Origin: Octopus vulgaris
Taxonomy: Eukaryota
Assembly: GCA_951406725.2 (NCBI GenBank)
Contig: OX597817.1
Location: forward strand, 73,966,001-74,030,000
Length of the DNA stretch: 64,000 nucleotides
Reading direction: 5' to 3'
The position numbers and the translations under genes were made by a program. The stretch's first letter is position 1. Each line of letters starts with the position of its first letter. Shown one piece after another: positions 13,030 through 27,619 of the stretch. Under the pieces are notes generated by a model that worked only from the letters and a program-made list of their open reading frames with translations, was not told the origin of the DNA and ran no database searches.

Positions 13030-14150
13030 TGAAAGTGTGTTTTGTCGACAATGTTATAAAACTTAGGAGGAGCCATCTTGACACACGAATGTTTTTCGTG
13101 AGGGCTTGTAAAGCTATATATCTGTCATATTCTACTCTGTTGAGTCTACAGGGTGGTGGTAAAGGATTGATGGAAATAGAGCTGCAAATAGAACGCTCCT
13201 TTATTGACCTCATATTCTACATTAGTGGTTCATAACTTGGGCGGTAGCACCCTACTGGGTGCAATGCGAGCTCACTAGGGGACGGCAAATGTCATTGAGA
13301 CGCTATAGGCGGTCTTAGGTATTTAGAGGGGTTGTGGTTTTTCTTTGAAATATTACATTTAAACCAGGTAAAATACTTATATTTTTACACATTTCCCAAA
13401 ACATTTTTGTCGGAATTTACGTATGAGAACGTCATCATGTTATGAATGAGTAGAAATATGACTAATGATGCACCAAAGTCCGATATAATTTCGCTACAAA
13501 TATTTTTACCCGTCTCACTAATTTTTATTAAAAATTAACACAAGGGATACAAACATCTAAAAATAGGCACGTGCATGATCGGATAATATAAGAGTAAATT
13601 ATTTATATCTGATTCAAGTAATCTACTATCTTATGTTTACATTTTTTCCAAATGAGTAGATAAAACTCCATTCCGTGAAAGAGGGCGCAAACTACAAGAG
13701 GTTGAGAAGCGCTGTTCTACTTTAAATGAAAAAAAAATATCACTCTCTACTCTTTTACTGATTCCACTAAGACCATAGGCTATGACCATGTTGGAACACA
13801 TGTTGGAACAATTTTTGAGAATTAATTTTCTTCTGCCACTCGTCCTGAATACTTCATTGAAGCGTACCAAACAGTGTTACATGCTGACCTACATACATAT
13901 CAGTGGTACAAACTGATATCCTCTCCGGATAAAGTCTCTATCGACCTTACGAAAATATAAATGGCTTCTTCGTTAAGCTACGTATTTATATATCAAAGAT
14001 ACCGATTTCAAATGACAATCGACCAAGTCCGTAGCCAAAATACTAAAATATGTTATTGGTTCAGTTGCTGTCGGTTTTTACTTGTAAAGCAGAGATGGGA
14101 AACAATTTTTAGATATTGAAGTTAACCATCTTCTGACTAGATAACATTAT
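13030..14150 (+). pseudogene. Highly decayed R4/Dong-like LINE C-terminal region, interrupted by a hAT MITE
   Basis: LQGGGKGLMEIE (cf. EGGRGL..IE), then KWLL, IDQV, KYVI and CCRF...WETI (cf. the CRLC...ETI zinc knuckle), in order and across frameshifts. Confidence 0.4.
13223..13714. mobile_element. hAT (Charlie-like) MITE
   Basis: Ends TAGTGGTTCATAACTT / AGGTTGAGAAGCGCTG; 8-bp TSD TTCTACAT / TTCTACTT. Confidence 0.7.
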
Positions 14151-16067
14151 AAAAAGAAATTAAGTACAAAACCTTTTATAAAATATAATTGTTCGTAAAA
14201 ACTGTTACAAATAGTGAAAAAAAAGATTGTCTTAAGAATATGTACCCGTATAGTATTTTGTTAGTTATTTACTTTCTTTTAGAAAATTTCTTTGGATTTC
14301 TGATCGAAGGAAAACTATTGAGTCCGACCTTTGTAGAATGAGGAGATGCGATATAGTTGATTTTTGACTGCAATGTCTTGAGAGAAAGAATGCCTAAAGA
14401 GTTTGATCTGCTGAGCTGCATGAGAAAAGTTGAGTGAGGTGTTTGACTCAAAGTGAAGTGGAGCGAGATACAATAGAAATGAAGACGGGCGGAGTGCTTA
14501 ACGCATCAAATAAAACAAAGGCTACTTGTTCCTAAGAGCAGAAACGGCTTTTTGTTTTTCTCAGTGAGTATGCAAGGTGCTAGTGAAAGGATTGGTAGAA
14601 ACAATATGTGAAGGGTCTTTTCATGTCTCTTTTAATGCATCTAATTCTGAAAATAGAAAGGCAGGAAGAATGGTGTGGTCTTGGTTTTCGACATGTAGTT
14701 TATTTACCGACCATAGAAAGGATGAAAGCAAAGTCAATATCAGCCAGATTTGAACCTGAAGCACAAAGAGTCGAAATAAATACCGTAATGAATTATATCT
14801 GACACCCTTACAGCTCCTTCAAAAACGGCTATACAAGTGCAATGAAAAATAAAGAGGATTGGATACTCATACATGAACTAGATACTATCTGTAACGCAGT
14901 AATGATGGATATAACAGGGGTACAATGGAATTAAGTAGTATTTCGCCCATTAGATCTCCTCTCATAAACTTGTCAGTCTCTTAGTTATCAAATCATAGTT
15001 TCACGCAATTCTACCGTTTCTCCTGCAAAAGCGACTCAAAATAAATATATGAGTTGTCGTCGTCGTTGTTACATTTTTCAGCCTCAGGCAAGATATGACT
15101 TAAGCTTTCCTATAATGACCATCGCATCTTATTTTAGATAATGTATCCGCGATTACCTTCTTTAGAGAGTCGTTCCATATTCTAATAAAGATGGTAAAGT
15201 GTAGTTTAACAGGAATTTGTTTGCTTTTTCAAGTAGACAGTGATCACATGGAATCATCCTCTTTGACTCGCAAATAAATGTATTCAGCTTTTGTTTAAAG
15301 AGTAAAAAGACGGAAACAAACTAAGAGCTATCAAAATAGGAAGATTTTAGGTAACCAACATTGTTGAGAGGAAGGTTACAACTCTTCTTTTGTGACTGGA
15401 AACTCTGACAACTCTGAATAATCTCATCTTTCCATTTTAATCTCTAGTTATATATAATTATTGGTAAAGTTGAAGAAAAAGCCGGATCTATGGTACAAAA
15501 TAAACATCTCCTTATTTAAAATAAATGAATAATTCTTCTAATGAAAATACATTCTTAAATACTTTTAGAGTGTTTTCTTATTGGCTTATATCTCTTTTGC
15601 TCTCTGATATGCAGAATTAAAACTGACTAATGTTTTAGAAGTGTATAGCTTTCTCTTCAATGGTAGAAGTAAAAAAAAAAGACAGCATATCTTTGGAAGG
15701 AAATATACTTGCCGTATGATTAAAAGCTATTTCATCTCTATAGATATCGATTCAAATATGACTTGACCACTCATAGATTCCAATTTATAAAATGCGCATC
15801 AATCATAAAATGTTTGTTAACGCTCACCAAAATACCTCTGGCCTGTCAAGATAAGAATTTAGGAATATTTCTAAAGGTATAAAATTTGAATACATATTGC
15901 TTGGATACGAAGGTTTTTTTATATTTTCTTACTACTATTTTATTTATTTTTTTCATTCATTTCTATGATTTCCATTAACTAACAGATGGAACTAAAATTT
16001 AAACTGCTGTACACTAACATATATACACAGACGTACGTTATACACACGCACACACACACACACACAT

Positions 16068-16100
<33 letters not shown>

Positions 16101-16494
16101 TATATTGATTATAGAAATATCTCGCTTATATAACAAAAATATTTCGTTACATTTGCGAGATAATTTTATATCTATAATCAATATAATAGCTTTTATCTTT
16201 ATTCTGACTTGAAATTTTATTTTTAATGTGAATCGCTGGGAGTGAAGCATTCACACGTAAAAGTTTCATATAAAGAGTTCATATTAGAATCATGGATATG
16301 TCTTTTGTTTACGATGTTTACCAGCTTTGCCGTCCTTATTTGCTGGCGTGTATTAAAGCAGACATTTTTTTCACATATCTTACACGAACTTTTCAACCAT
16401 TCGTTGATGGAGTCTCAAAGGAGCATATGTCAATGGATTTAGAGCCTCTAAAAACATGTCATGATAGAAAATATGGCATATATATATATATATA

Positions 16495-16557
<63 letters not shown>

Positions 16558-16906
16558 TGTGTTTGTGTATGTTTTTAATATAGCTTGTCTTTGTTTCCTT
16601 GTCTTATCGCTGAGGCCTTACTTTACCTTTCATACTTCTGGGTTCTATAAAAATCATAAAAATAAGCAGCACTTCAAATATTGAAGTGATATAATTAACT
16701 CCTTTCAAAATTTCTAATCTTATGCCTATATTATTAAATGTTGTTGTTGTTCTTCTTCATCTTGTTTTACTTCTCAGAGCGCTCGATCTTGTTTGCTCCG
16801 GTAGATTCTGTGAGAGAGGACAGCAGCCTGCTGTCAGAGATCTCACAGGGTCTCTTTCTGCACATTATAAGTTTTGGTACTTGGTTGTTACTTATCGTGG
16901 GAGACA

Positions 16907-17092
<186 letters not shown>

Positions 17093-17599
17093 ACCGCTCT
17101 TTAGTTCTAAGGCATTCACACACACACACACACACACACATGTGTATTTAAAGATGTATTTACCTTAACTTTAAGTTATTGAGATACATTGCAAGACATC
17201 ACTATTATGTTGTTCTTGTGCACATGCTTCTCCATACTTTTCCAATAGTTCGGCGACGAAGGGACGAATGTAATATTTAGATCCAGCTCTGCTAGCTAAT
17301 GAATAGCTCATGAATTAAGACTATAAGTTGGCTACTTATATATTGCTGAACTATCAAGAACTTTGCATATTATGGAAGTGGAAAGCTCAGCCGTACACTC
17401 TGAGTGCTTGGGTTTCGTATGAACTCACGCCATTTTAGTATTATGAGTTTACTGTTGTTTTACGGGCAGTCTCTTTTTAACAGTGGTTTCCACGCAAGCA
17501 CTTTGCATAAATCTTTTTACTGATGGTAGATGGAGAAATTGTACTCATAAATAATACAGCAAGTTATGATATCTACTGCTCTAACAGTTCTATCCTTTC

Positions 17600-17950
17600 A
17601 CTGCGCGAAAGGATGAAAGGGAAAGGTCATTACGGCAGGATTTCAGCCCAGGACATTGAGAGATGGAACAAATGCCGCAAAGTACTTTATCTTATGTTCT
17701 AACGATTCTACAACTTCGGCAACTTAAACTCAGTGATTGTATCATTTTTTTAATGCTTCTCAAAATTAGTACATGGCCACACATTTTGGGGAAGTATGGC
17801 CGATCAAATCGTCCTCCAGTTAGTCACTGAAGCCTGTTTTATAAACTCTAGACTGGAGAAAAGTCAACATAACACTGGCAGAAGGTGAACTCAGAGTAAA
17901 AAGAAATTTGATTAAATACTTTACAGAGGTTTGCTCGATGATTTACCGAC
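17600..17950 (-). mobile_element. Two degenerate SINE family B copies
   Basis: GAAAGGATGAAAGG and GAACTCAGA-type motifs on the minus strand, heavily diverged. Confidence 0.55.
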
Positions 17951-18110
17951 TCTGTCTTAATGATCATTGTTAAGTCCTTCCCTATAATAACATTGTTTTT
18001 GTCTTTGTCACTGTCGTTTTTGTTTTATTGGTAGTTATGGTGGTGGTGGTGGTGGTGGTGGTTGTTGTGTGGGTGATTTCACTTTATATCAGTCCCGATT
18101 GAGTAGAACT

Positions 18111-18378
18111 GATTATGTGAACATTGTTCGAAAATAATTGTTCGAAAACAATTATACGAAAATAATTATTCGAAAACATTTATTCGAATGGAAAATTGTA
18201 TGAAACAGAATTATTCAAAAGGACAATTGTACGAAATGTTAATTATTTTAAATTTCTTATTTTATTTAAACAAATATGATAAAATTAAAAATCAAGTTCA
18301 CAAATTATATTTATTTCGAATAACTATTTTTCGAATAATTGTTTTCCAATAATTGTTTTCGAACAAGTTTCATGATAC
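18111..18378. mobile_element. MULE-like MITE with ~15-bp subterminal tandem repeats
   Basis: AATTRTTCGAAAAYA-type repeats on the left and their reverse complements on the right; G...C ends; 9-bp TSD AGTAGAACT / GGTAGAACT. Confidence 0.75.
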
Positions 18379-19259
18379 GGTAGAACTATTGTCAAACCTT
18401 TCCATCTATGACTTCGTTTTTTACACATACCTTGCTTTTATCTGACTATAATATTCGAATGTTTGATTCCATTTTCAAGATGGAATGTTCACTTTTGGGG
18501 GAGTGAGAGAGTGGTGGTGGAGATTTGTACTTTTACTAGGAGATCGAACGATCATATTGCAGCATCCTTGTTGGCTCGTTATAATTTAAACAGCGCGTCG
18601 CACAGCTGACCGACATGCATAGATGCAACCTGATTTTATCCCAGTGTTCTGGGCTGAAATCACGAAGATTATCAAGGGAGCGCAATTCAACCAAAGCGGG
18701 TAAATAGCGGAAGGAAGTATATAATAATGATTTATTATGTCGGTACAAAGTGAAAAAGGTCTATCGAGAGGGCAGAGTTGATTAAAATGAATTTCATTAC
18801 TTTATTTATATATAATTTATCGACCACAATGTAAAGAAAGACATAGCGCATCCCAGCGGGATTTGAACTCAAAACTGCCACCGTCGCCACCGACACTACC
18901 GTCACCACCATCACCACACTATCGCTTCCACAATCATAACAACAACCAGCATCCGTAGACTATCACTATCACAACTATCGTCAACATTAAAAGCTCCACA
19001 ACAGCGCATCGAGCAACTACCAATACCATTACCAACACCACCACCACCATCAACAACAACAACAACAACGACAACAACACAACGACGTTGCCTTCATAGT
19101 ATTTTGAATTGACTGTTCGTGCCAAGCTTGACAATCAATTTACTTGAGGGGGGAAAAGTCAGTTCAGTCTTTGTAGAATGGAACTTTTGGAAATCCTCGA
19201 CACCAATAGTAAATTTGTATGGAAGATCAATTATATGACTGTTTGTCTTTCACACACCA

Positions 19260-19325
19260 CAAACACACTGGCAGACATACAACACACAGGCACACATACA
19301 GCACAAACACACACAAACACACACA

Positions 19326-19377
<52 letters not shown>

Positions 19378-19476
19378 CATACACGCATACACGCACCCAT
19401 GCACGCACTCAGTAGAAGAGGCATTTATACGCATGCACGTTACATTTATTCATTCAATACACTCTTTCCTTTTGAA

Positions 19477-19519
<43 letters not shown>

Positions 19520-19955
19520 AACATTTGCTGGAGTTTTTTTATGTATCTGTTTAGCTGATATTGCTATTGTTGTTGCTATTGTTGTTGTTGTTGTTGTTAT
19601 ATTTATTCATTTATTTCTTTGTAGACTTCAGTTTAGAATTATCAATATGGTACAAAATAGAAATCGACTTAACAGAAGCCATACTTAATCAAAACCCAAA
19701 CGTGCAAAAGAACTCGCACATCCTACTTGCACACGCACATAGATATAATCACACAGACATATCTATACGCACACACATGCAAACACACACACAGCACACA
19801 CGCCCACACGTACATATGTGTGTGTGTGTGCGTGAATGTGTATGTGTGTGTGTGTGCGCGTGTATTTGTCTGCTTTCAAATACCTATCATACATAAACGC
19901 ACGCGTGCATGCATGCATATATATATATTTGCTTGTGGGAAACGACTTGAATATG

Positions 19956-20026
<71 letters not shown>

Positions 20027-20364
20027 GCATATTATATATATATATATATATATATATGCATATATATATATATATATATACATATTTATATATATATCTA
20101 TATATATATATATATATATATATGAACACATACATATATACATATATATACATACATATATACATATATATATATACATATACATATATATAGACATATA
20201 TATACATATATACGTATATATATATATGTATATACATTAAGGTATGTAGAAAAATACAACATGGACAAGAACGTATAACTCAAGAAGACGATATACATAT
20301 ATATATATATACATATATACGTATATATATATATATATATATATATGTGTATACATATACATAT

Positions 20365-20456
<92 letters not shown>

Positions 20457-20550
20457 CCTATAAATATATATGTATGTATAAACGTATATATGTATATATA
20501 TGCATGTATAAAAATGTATGTATATATATATATACTTACACACACACACG
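19260..20550. repeat. Large (CA)n/(TA)n/(TG)n microsatellite field
   Basis: Directly visible, with short unique spacers. Confidence 0.9.
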
Positions 20551-20927
20551 TGCACACTAATATGCACACACATATATGCATGTAGGAAGTTCCGTCAGTA
20601 TATGCGTACACAAAAGCACTCAAACATAATAGAAAAAGAGGCCAGGGTTTAAGGTCATGTATTTATTGACTATATAGACGACACTGAACATCTTTCTAAC
20701 TGCCCCATAACACCCAAGTCAGTGTCGATTGCTTCAGTCAGATATGTGTGCACAGGCATACCTGTATGTAGATAGGTGCGTTAATGAGTGAATGAATGCA
20801 AAAATCTATGCGTATAGATACGTATATGAATATATGAATAGATTCATATCCACATCTGTATTACTGCATGCATGTATTTTATGTGTCGCTATATTTTACA
20901 CCTGTCCGTGCATCTATCATCTATCTA

Positions 20928-21001
<74 letters not shown>

Positions 21002-21117
21002 GTAAATGTAATATGTTTTGTTGTCTTACCATTTTTATCAATATATATATATATAAATACACACACACATATATATACATATATATATATATATACACAT
21101 TTGAATCTAAATTTTTG

Positions 21118-21206
<89 letters not shown>

Positions 21207-21540
21207 TCTTTCTTTTCTACCGACCAGGCTATCAGATGTTGCTACACATCACTGGTCACAATGCGCTTCACATTGTTTTACCCTTCAAATGACGCCACCC
21301 CGCTGGCTAAGTGAGCAGGCCAATATATGAATTTGCTTGTATACTATAGTGCTATGGTCATCCTTTGTAACTAGTAGGAATATCATGGTTGTACGTATTC
21401 CACTGATCGTTTTGCACTAAATACATTTGTCACTGGTTTGTAAACTCCAGTGTTTATATATCTATATTCACACACATTTGTACACACGGGGACACGTGTA
21501 TACAAATGGTCTCACACACACACAGATACATATATTTAAG

Positions 21541-21601
<61 letters not shown>

Positions 21602-21620
21602 ACAAACACACACACAGTGT

Positions 21621-21673
<53 letters not shown>

Positions 21674-22344
21674 CACATTCTTATATACACAGATAAATGG
21701 AGGTTTATATTCTATGATGTACAAATAAAAAAAAAATTCAACAGGAAGCACAAATTGTTGGTTTAACACATTTCCGAAATAAAAGTTATGTTAATAGAAA
21801 GGAAGGGTAAAAACAGGTCAGTAGGGAACGTATAATGTAAAAGACACTACTGGATGGAAACGCAATGATAGATAGAGAGAAAGGGCTGAGAGAGAGACTG
21901 AGAGGGAAGAAAGGGAGAGAGAGAGAAGGGGGGGTTACAGAGGTGGACATTGAAAGAAATGTTAGGAGTGATATACTGATCATTGCTGTTATTTAGCTGC
22001 TTGTTATACTTCTATCTTATTTAGTTTTCTTTTTTATTTCCATGAGCTAATGCATACTTCCCTGTTAAGGCATTTGGGTGCGATTTCGATGAGATTTCAA
22101 AGTTGCTATTTCAGGCACGTCGTATCTACCATTCGCGGTTTCCTCATTGGCTTGAAATATGTAGAAGTCTTTTTCTGTTTGTTGTCGTCGTTGTCATTGA
22201 GAACAAGATCAACTCTAATCGGAGAAAGATCTAATTGAAGTTTTGATTAAAGGCATAATGGGTAACATTTTGGTGGAGATTTTAATATTTTCTATTTCCA
22301 GTGATTATACACAGAGTTCTCTAGATTTACATGATACACATATA

Positions 22345-22359
22345 TGTGAGTATATGTAT

Positions 22360-22429
<70 letters not shown>

Positions 22430-22523
22430 TTATTTATATATATATTTATATATATATATATTTATATTTTATATATATTTATATATATATATATTTATAT
22501 ATATATATTTATATTTATATATA

Positions 22524-22592
<69 letters not shown>

Positions 22593-22618
22593 GTATATAT
22601 ATGTATATATATGTATAC

Positions 22619-22667
<49 letters not shown>
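22345..22667. repeat. Long degenerate (TA)n
   Basis: Directly visible. Confidence 0.95.
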
Positions 22668-22669
<2 letters not shown>

Positions 22670-22883
22670 AGGTTTGGTTTGCAAGATACTTGATGTGAGT
22701 TGGTGTGTTGAAGCAAATTTTGTTGTTTCTGGGGAGAGTCATTCTCTTTTAGTGCCTCTTATTATTTAACACACTCACCGGTAAAGTTTCCACTCATTTG
22801 CTTATTTATTTTCCCTGGGAGAAAAATGAGTGTGCTAAATGATAAGGCACTAAAGGAGAATGACTCTCCCCGAGACACAACAA
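22668..22883. mobile_element. TA-embedded insert with an inverted duplication
   Basis: Arms 22720-22777 and 22827-22883 are reverse complements with a few mismatches; (TA)n on both sides. Confidence 0.7.
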
Positions 22884-22919
22884 TATATATATAAAGATAT
22901 ATATATGTATACATATATC

Positions 22920-23147
22920 TTTTTCTTGCTTAATTGTTTCACTCTTTAGACTGTAGCCATGACGGGCCACCGCCTTGAAGAATATCTTCTTTGTTTTAGT
23001 CGAATGACTCGACCCCAATACTTGCTAAGCCTGGTATTTATTTTATCAGTTACTTTTTGCCGAACCGCTAGAATACGGGAACGTAAATACACCAGCATTG
23101 GTTGTCAAACGGTGCTAGAGAGACAAACACAGACACAAAGGAATTCA

Positions 23148-23215
<68 letters not shown>

Positions 23216-23620
23216 AACACATACAGGGTTTGGCCAAAAGTCACCAGACATTAAATCAAAAATTCCATAAATACTTAATATCCAATTTTATTTATTCATT
23301 CAAATTACGAATGTTTAATAATTGAACGCTGTGAGTTAAAATCCCCATTTGTTTTCAACATTTGTCTATTTATTAGCGAAGTCTCATATAAAATATTTTT
23401 TTGTTTTAATCTTGGAATCAAATAGCTTTGATCTACTGTCAGGTTACTTTTGGTCAACCCTGTATATATACATACATGCATACATACGATGGGATTCTTC
23501 CAGTTTCTGTCAACCAAATCTACTTACAAAGCTTTGGTCGGCCCTAAGCTATAGCAGAAGAGACCTGCCCAAGGTGCCACAGAGTGGAACTAAACCCACA
23601 ACCATGTGGTTAGGAAGCAC
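22920..23620 (-). mobile_element. SINE family A copy hosting a Tc1-like MITE
   Basis: Tail 22920-23140, (CA)n, MITE, then core and head 23490-23620. Confidence 0.8.
23224..23462. mobile_element. Tc1/mariner-type MITE
   Basis: TIRs CAGGGTTTGGCCAAAAGTCACC / GGTTACTTTTGGTCAACCCTG, flanked by TA. Confidence 0.8.
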
Positions 23621-23859
23621 GATATCAGAATAAATTAGAAAATTTTCGTTTAATTTTTAATACAGCATAATACATACATAAACTTTACACGTGTTTCACT
23701 AGAGTATACTAAGATTTTGTGCTGTAATCGTTACCCACATGATTGTAAATCACCTTAAGACGCTAGATCTTCAGAAAAACAGAAAATAGAAATTCAGACA
23801 TTGTTAGTAAGCACCCTCTGTTCGTATGTAAAGTTAAATAAGAAATGGATATTATATAT

Positions 23860-23926
<67 letters not shown>

Positions 23927-24537
23927 TAGTTCGCTTAAGATCAACAAAAAAGGTACTCCATCCGGTGAGAGATAAGTAAAATAAAATGTTTAATGTATAC
24001 ACTATATATTTACGAGCTACTAATATCTTCCCTATATAGATAGACAGACAGACAAACAGAGAGAGGGGGAGCGACAGTCAGACAGATAGATAGACTGAGT
24101 AGGAGGGAGAGAATGGTGTGATGAAAAAACCGGAATACGAATTAATTGCTGAACTAGGGGGGAAAATACAAGAAAAAGAAATGGAATTTTTTTTTTGTTG
24201 CTGAAAATATTTAAACATTCAGTTATCTGTCTGTTAACTTATTGCTTTAATCGGTTCTATTGACAGATGGCGTTACTAGTACAAATATAAATAAAGAATG
24301 CCACAATAAATATACAAACAGTCATTAGCAAACAAATGAAACGAAAGGAGAGAGAAAAAAAAACATGAATGTGATGGCAATGAGAATTCTATCAATCTCA
24401 GCGCATTATCTTGGTATGTATTTAAGTTTCCTCTCCCTTCGCTGTCTTTATTTGTTACTCTTTGTCTCTTTTTCTTCGTCTTAAGTTGCCACTTCTCTCT
24501 TTCTTCCTCTGCTCACTTCTCTCATATATATATATAT

Positions 24538-24600
<63 letters not shown>

Positions 24601-24650
24601 GTGTGTGTGTATGCATGTATATAAATATATATATATATATATATGTATAT

Positions 24651-24713
<63 letters not shown>

Positions 24714-25008
24714 GCGGTGCCCCAGCATGGCCACGGCATTAGGAATGAAACCTGTAAAAAGATAAAAGAATATATACATATCACACACAGGCATATAGAC
24801 ACAAATATGTTTATATGCATGTATATATGTGTGTATGTGTGTATATATGTATGCATGTGTATCAATATGCAAAGAATGGTACGGTAAGCCAACGACCAAG
24901 ACAAACAAAAACATACAAGTATGTATCTCTCTCTCTCTTTCTCTTTCTCTTTCTCTTTCTCTTTCTCTGTACATATATACACACTCACAGACACACATAC
25001 CTATGAAC

Positions 25009-25188
<180 letters not shown>

Positions 25189-25215
25189 TTTCATAGGTTT
25201 GTATGTATGTGAGAA

Positions 25216-25251
<36 letters not shown>

Positions 25252-25699
25252 GTTGCGTAAACGGCAAGAAACAAAGTATATATATATATATATATTAAAA
25301 TATACACAAATATACTGTGTCTTTTTCTCATGACACAGTAACTATACTCTGGCAGCAAATTGCTAAACAAAGTATACACAGACATCCGTTAACTTCCTTT
25401 GCAGGATCAAAGGGAACAGCATGAGAAACAAATTCCTTGTATTATATTCCATGGTCGTTGCCTCTGAAATGATGTTATATATTAAATTGCTGTGAAATAT
25501 CGTAAATTCATGTACGATGTCGTTTACGCGGTAAATATATTTATGTCATAAATTGCTGAAATATTATAAATTTTTGTACAGTGTGGTTAAGTCTAAATCT
25601 TTATAGCACGGTTCTCTAAATCTTTCTAAACGCTTTCCTGTAAAAGCTATTAATGATCCTTCTGTATCAAATTTTGTAGTTCTGAGAAGTGAGAGTAAA

Positions 25700-26400
25700 G
25701 CCGTGAGCGTGCATTTGAACCATTGTAAATCGATACCTACGGGAAAAAACATGAGCATGCAGGGAATTCTAGAGAGCCGGCGTTCTAGATAGGAATGCAA
25801 GCCTACAGGGCCTGGACAAACAAGGGTGATGTGTGGAGAAAAGATGACTGGGAAGAGAATGCTTGAGTAGGGTGCAGTTCCAATGAGCACTGCTCATTAA
25901 AATGCCAGGGAAAATGCAAAAGGAGGTGGACAGCGAATCTTTGAGCCCAAGGCTGGAACGTGTCTGTAAATGACTCTATACAAATCAATCCGTTGATTCT
26001 TTTGCGGATGCGATTTAAAATGTCTGCGTGTGTAGCAACAATACATTCCCAAATGTGAGAGCAACACCCCATTGTGGGCCTTACCTGAGCTTGGTAGAGT
26101 GTCAATAATTGTTGAGGACTGAAGTATCTTTGGGCTGAAGAAAAGGGCCAATCGTTGTAATGTGCCTACCTATGTTAAGAACGTGCTTTCGATAAGTGAG
26201 ATCTTCGGCAATAGAGAATCCCAACAATTGAAGTGATTGTTAGGGCCCCATTTAAATGCTGCTCCTAATTAAGGGGCAGTATGGGATGAGGTTTTCTCGC
26301 TATGAGTATCGTTTGTGTTCCTTTGCCGTTGATAGGGACAAGATTGGCATATCTCCAATGTAGAATACTTTCTAGGTCTTTGTTTAGGAAATATAATGCG
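25700..26400 (-). pseudogene. Decayed CR1/Jockey-group LINE RT C-terminal part
   Basis: NKDLESILHW...TQTILI...TLYQAQVRPTMGCCSHIW (cf. LYKAQVRP.MEYCSHIW)...DLQWFK. Confidence 0.8.
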
Positions 26401-27007
26401 CAGTAATGTCTTGTAAATTATTGGTCGAGTGAAATTTATTAGTGCAATAAGATTTCCTAAATTGCATTATGCATTCTGCATTTTACTGGTTTCTAGTTTC
26501 TTCTCGCTGTTGTTCATATTGTTTCTGCTCTTATTGCTCTTGCAGATTTTTAATATAATTTTTGTTATTGTAATTTATATCTAATGCTAGTTTATGATTG
26601 GATATAATACGTTTCTTGATAAACCATATCGTAACATGCTTATCTATTTTATTAGTCATGAGTGCAGTTGAGTAATCTGCAATCTATGAATTTGTAGTGT
26701 GCTTGTTCCTACTTGAGTTTATTGTATGTAAAGTAAAGAATTTGTTTCTATCTATATATATAGTTTGATATTATAAATTACTGGTATATCCATTATTGAC
26801 TATAGCTTATTATGCTAATTTTTCTTTGTTTCTTCTTTAAAGGGAAATAATTCAAAGGATTTTCTGATGAGCGAGTTTAAGAAATATTTTTAAAACGTAT
26901 AAAATAAAGAAATAACAAAGAAGTAAGTATAAATGATCTTAGAAATCAGTCATAACTAGAGCAGTCGAGTGTTTTAAAGAACGTGAGCGCGCATACAGGC
27001 ACGCGCA

Positions 27008-27084
<77 letters not shown>

Positions 27085-27586
27085 ACAAATACACACACAC
27101 ATGACGGGGTCGTGGATAAACATGAAATATTCGGTGAAGTAAAAAGCAATATTGTTATTTACTTCGCCGAATATTTGTTTCTTGTTAGCGAACACAACTA
27201 TGATCAAACGCATTCCACCCGTGACCATTTTATTCCGTCTTTATTTCAAGCAGTGTATCTAAGATTATGTTAACTAATATTCTAGGGAGAGTAAGGTATG
27301 GTTTGAGAGAGATTTAGCTTGCTATTTCCATTATGTAGAGCGGCCACATTGATGTCTCCTTCTCATGTTGATTGACCTAATTGAGGGAGCAACCGATGAA
27401 ATGCTTACGAATAATTTAGTCATGGGTCCCATAAGTTCTGAGTTCAAATACCCCTCGAGATCAACTTTATCTTTCATCTTTTCGGATAATAATATATCCA
27501 ACCAGTAAAAGAATGGGATCGATTTTATATGTCTATAATGTATTCTAAATGTGAATGGAATTAGAGGAGGAAGAAGAGGAGGGGAG

Positions 27587-27619
<33 letters not shown>

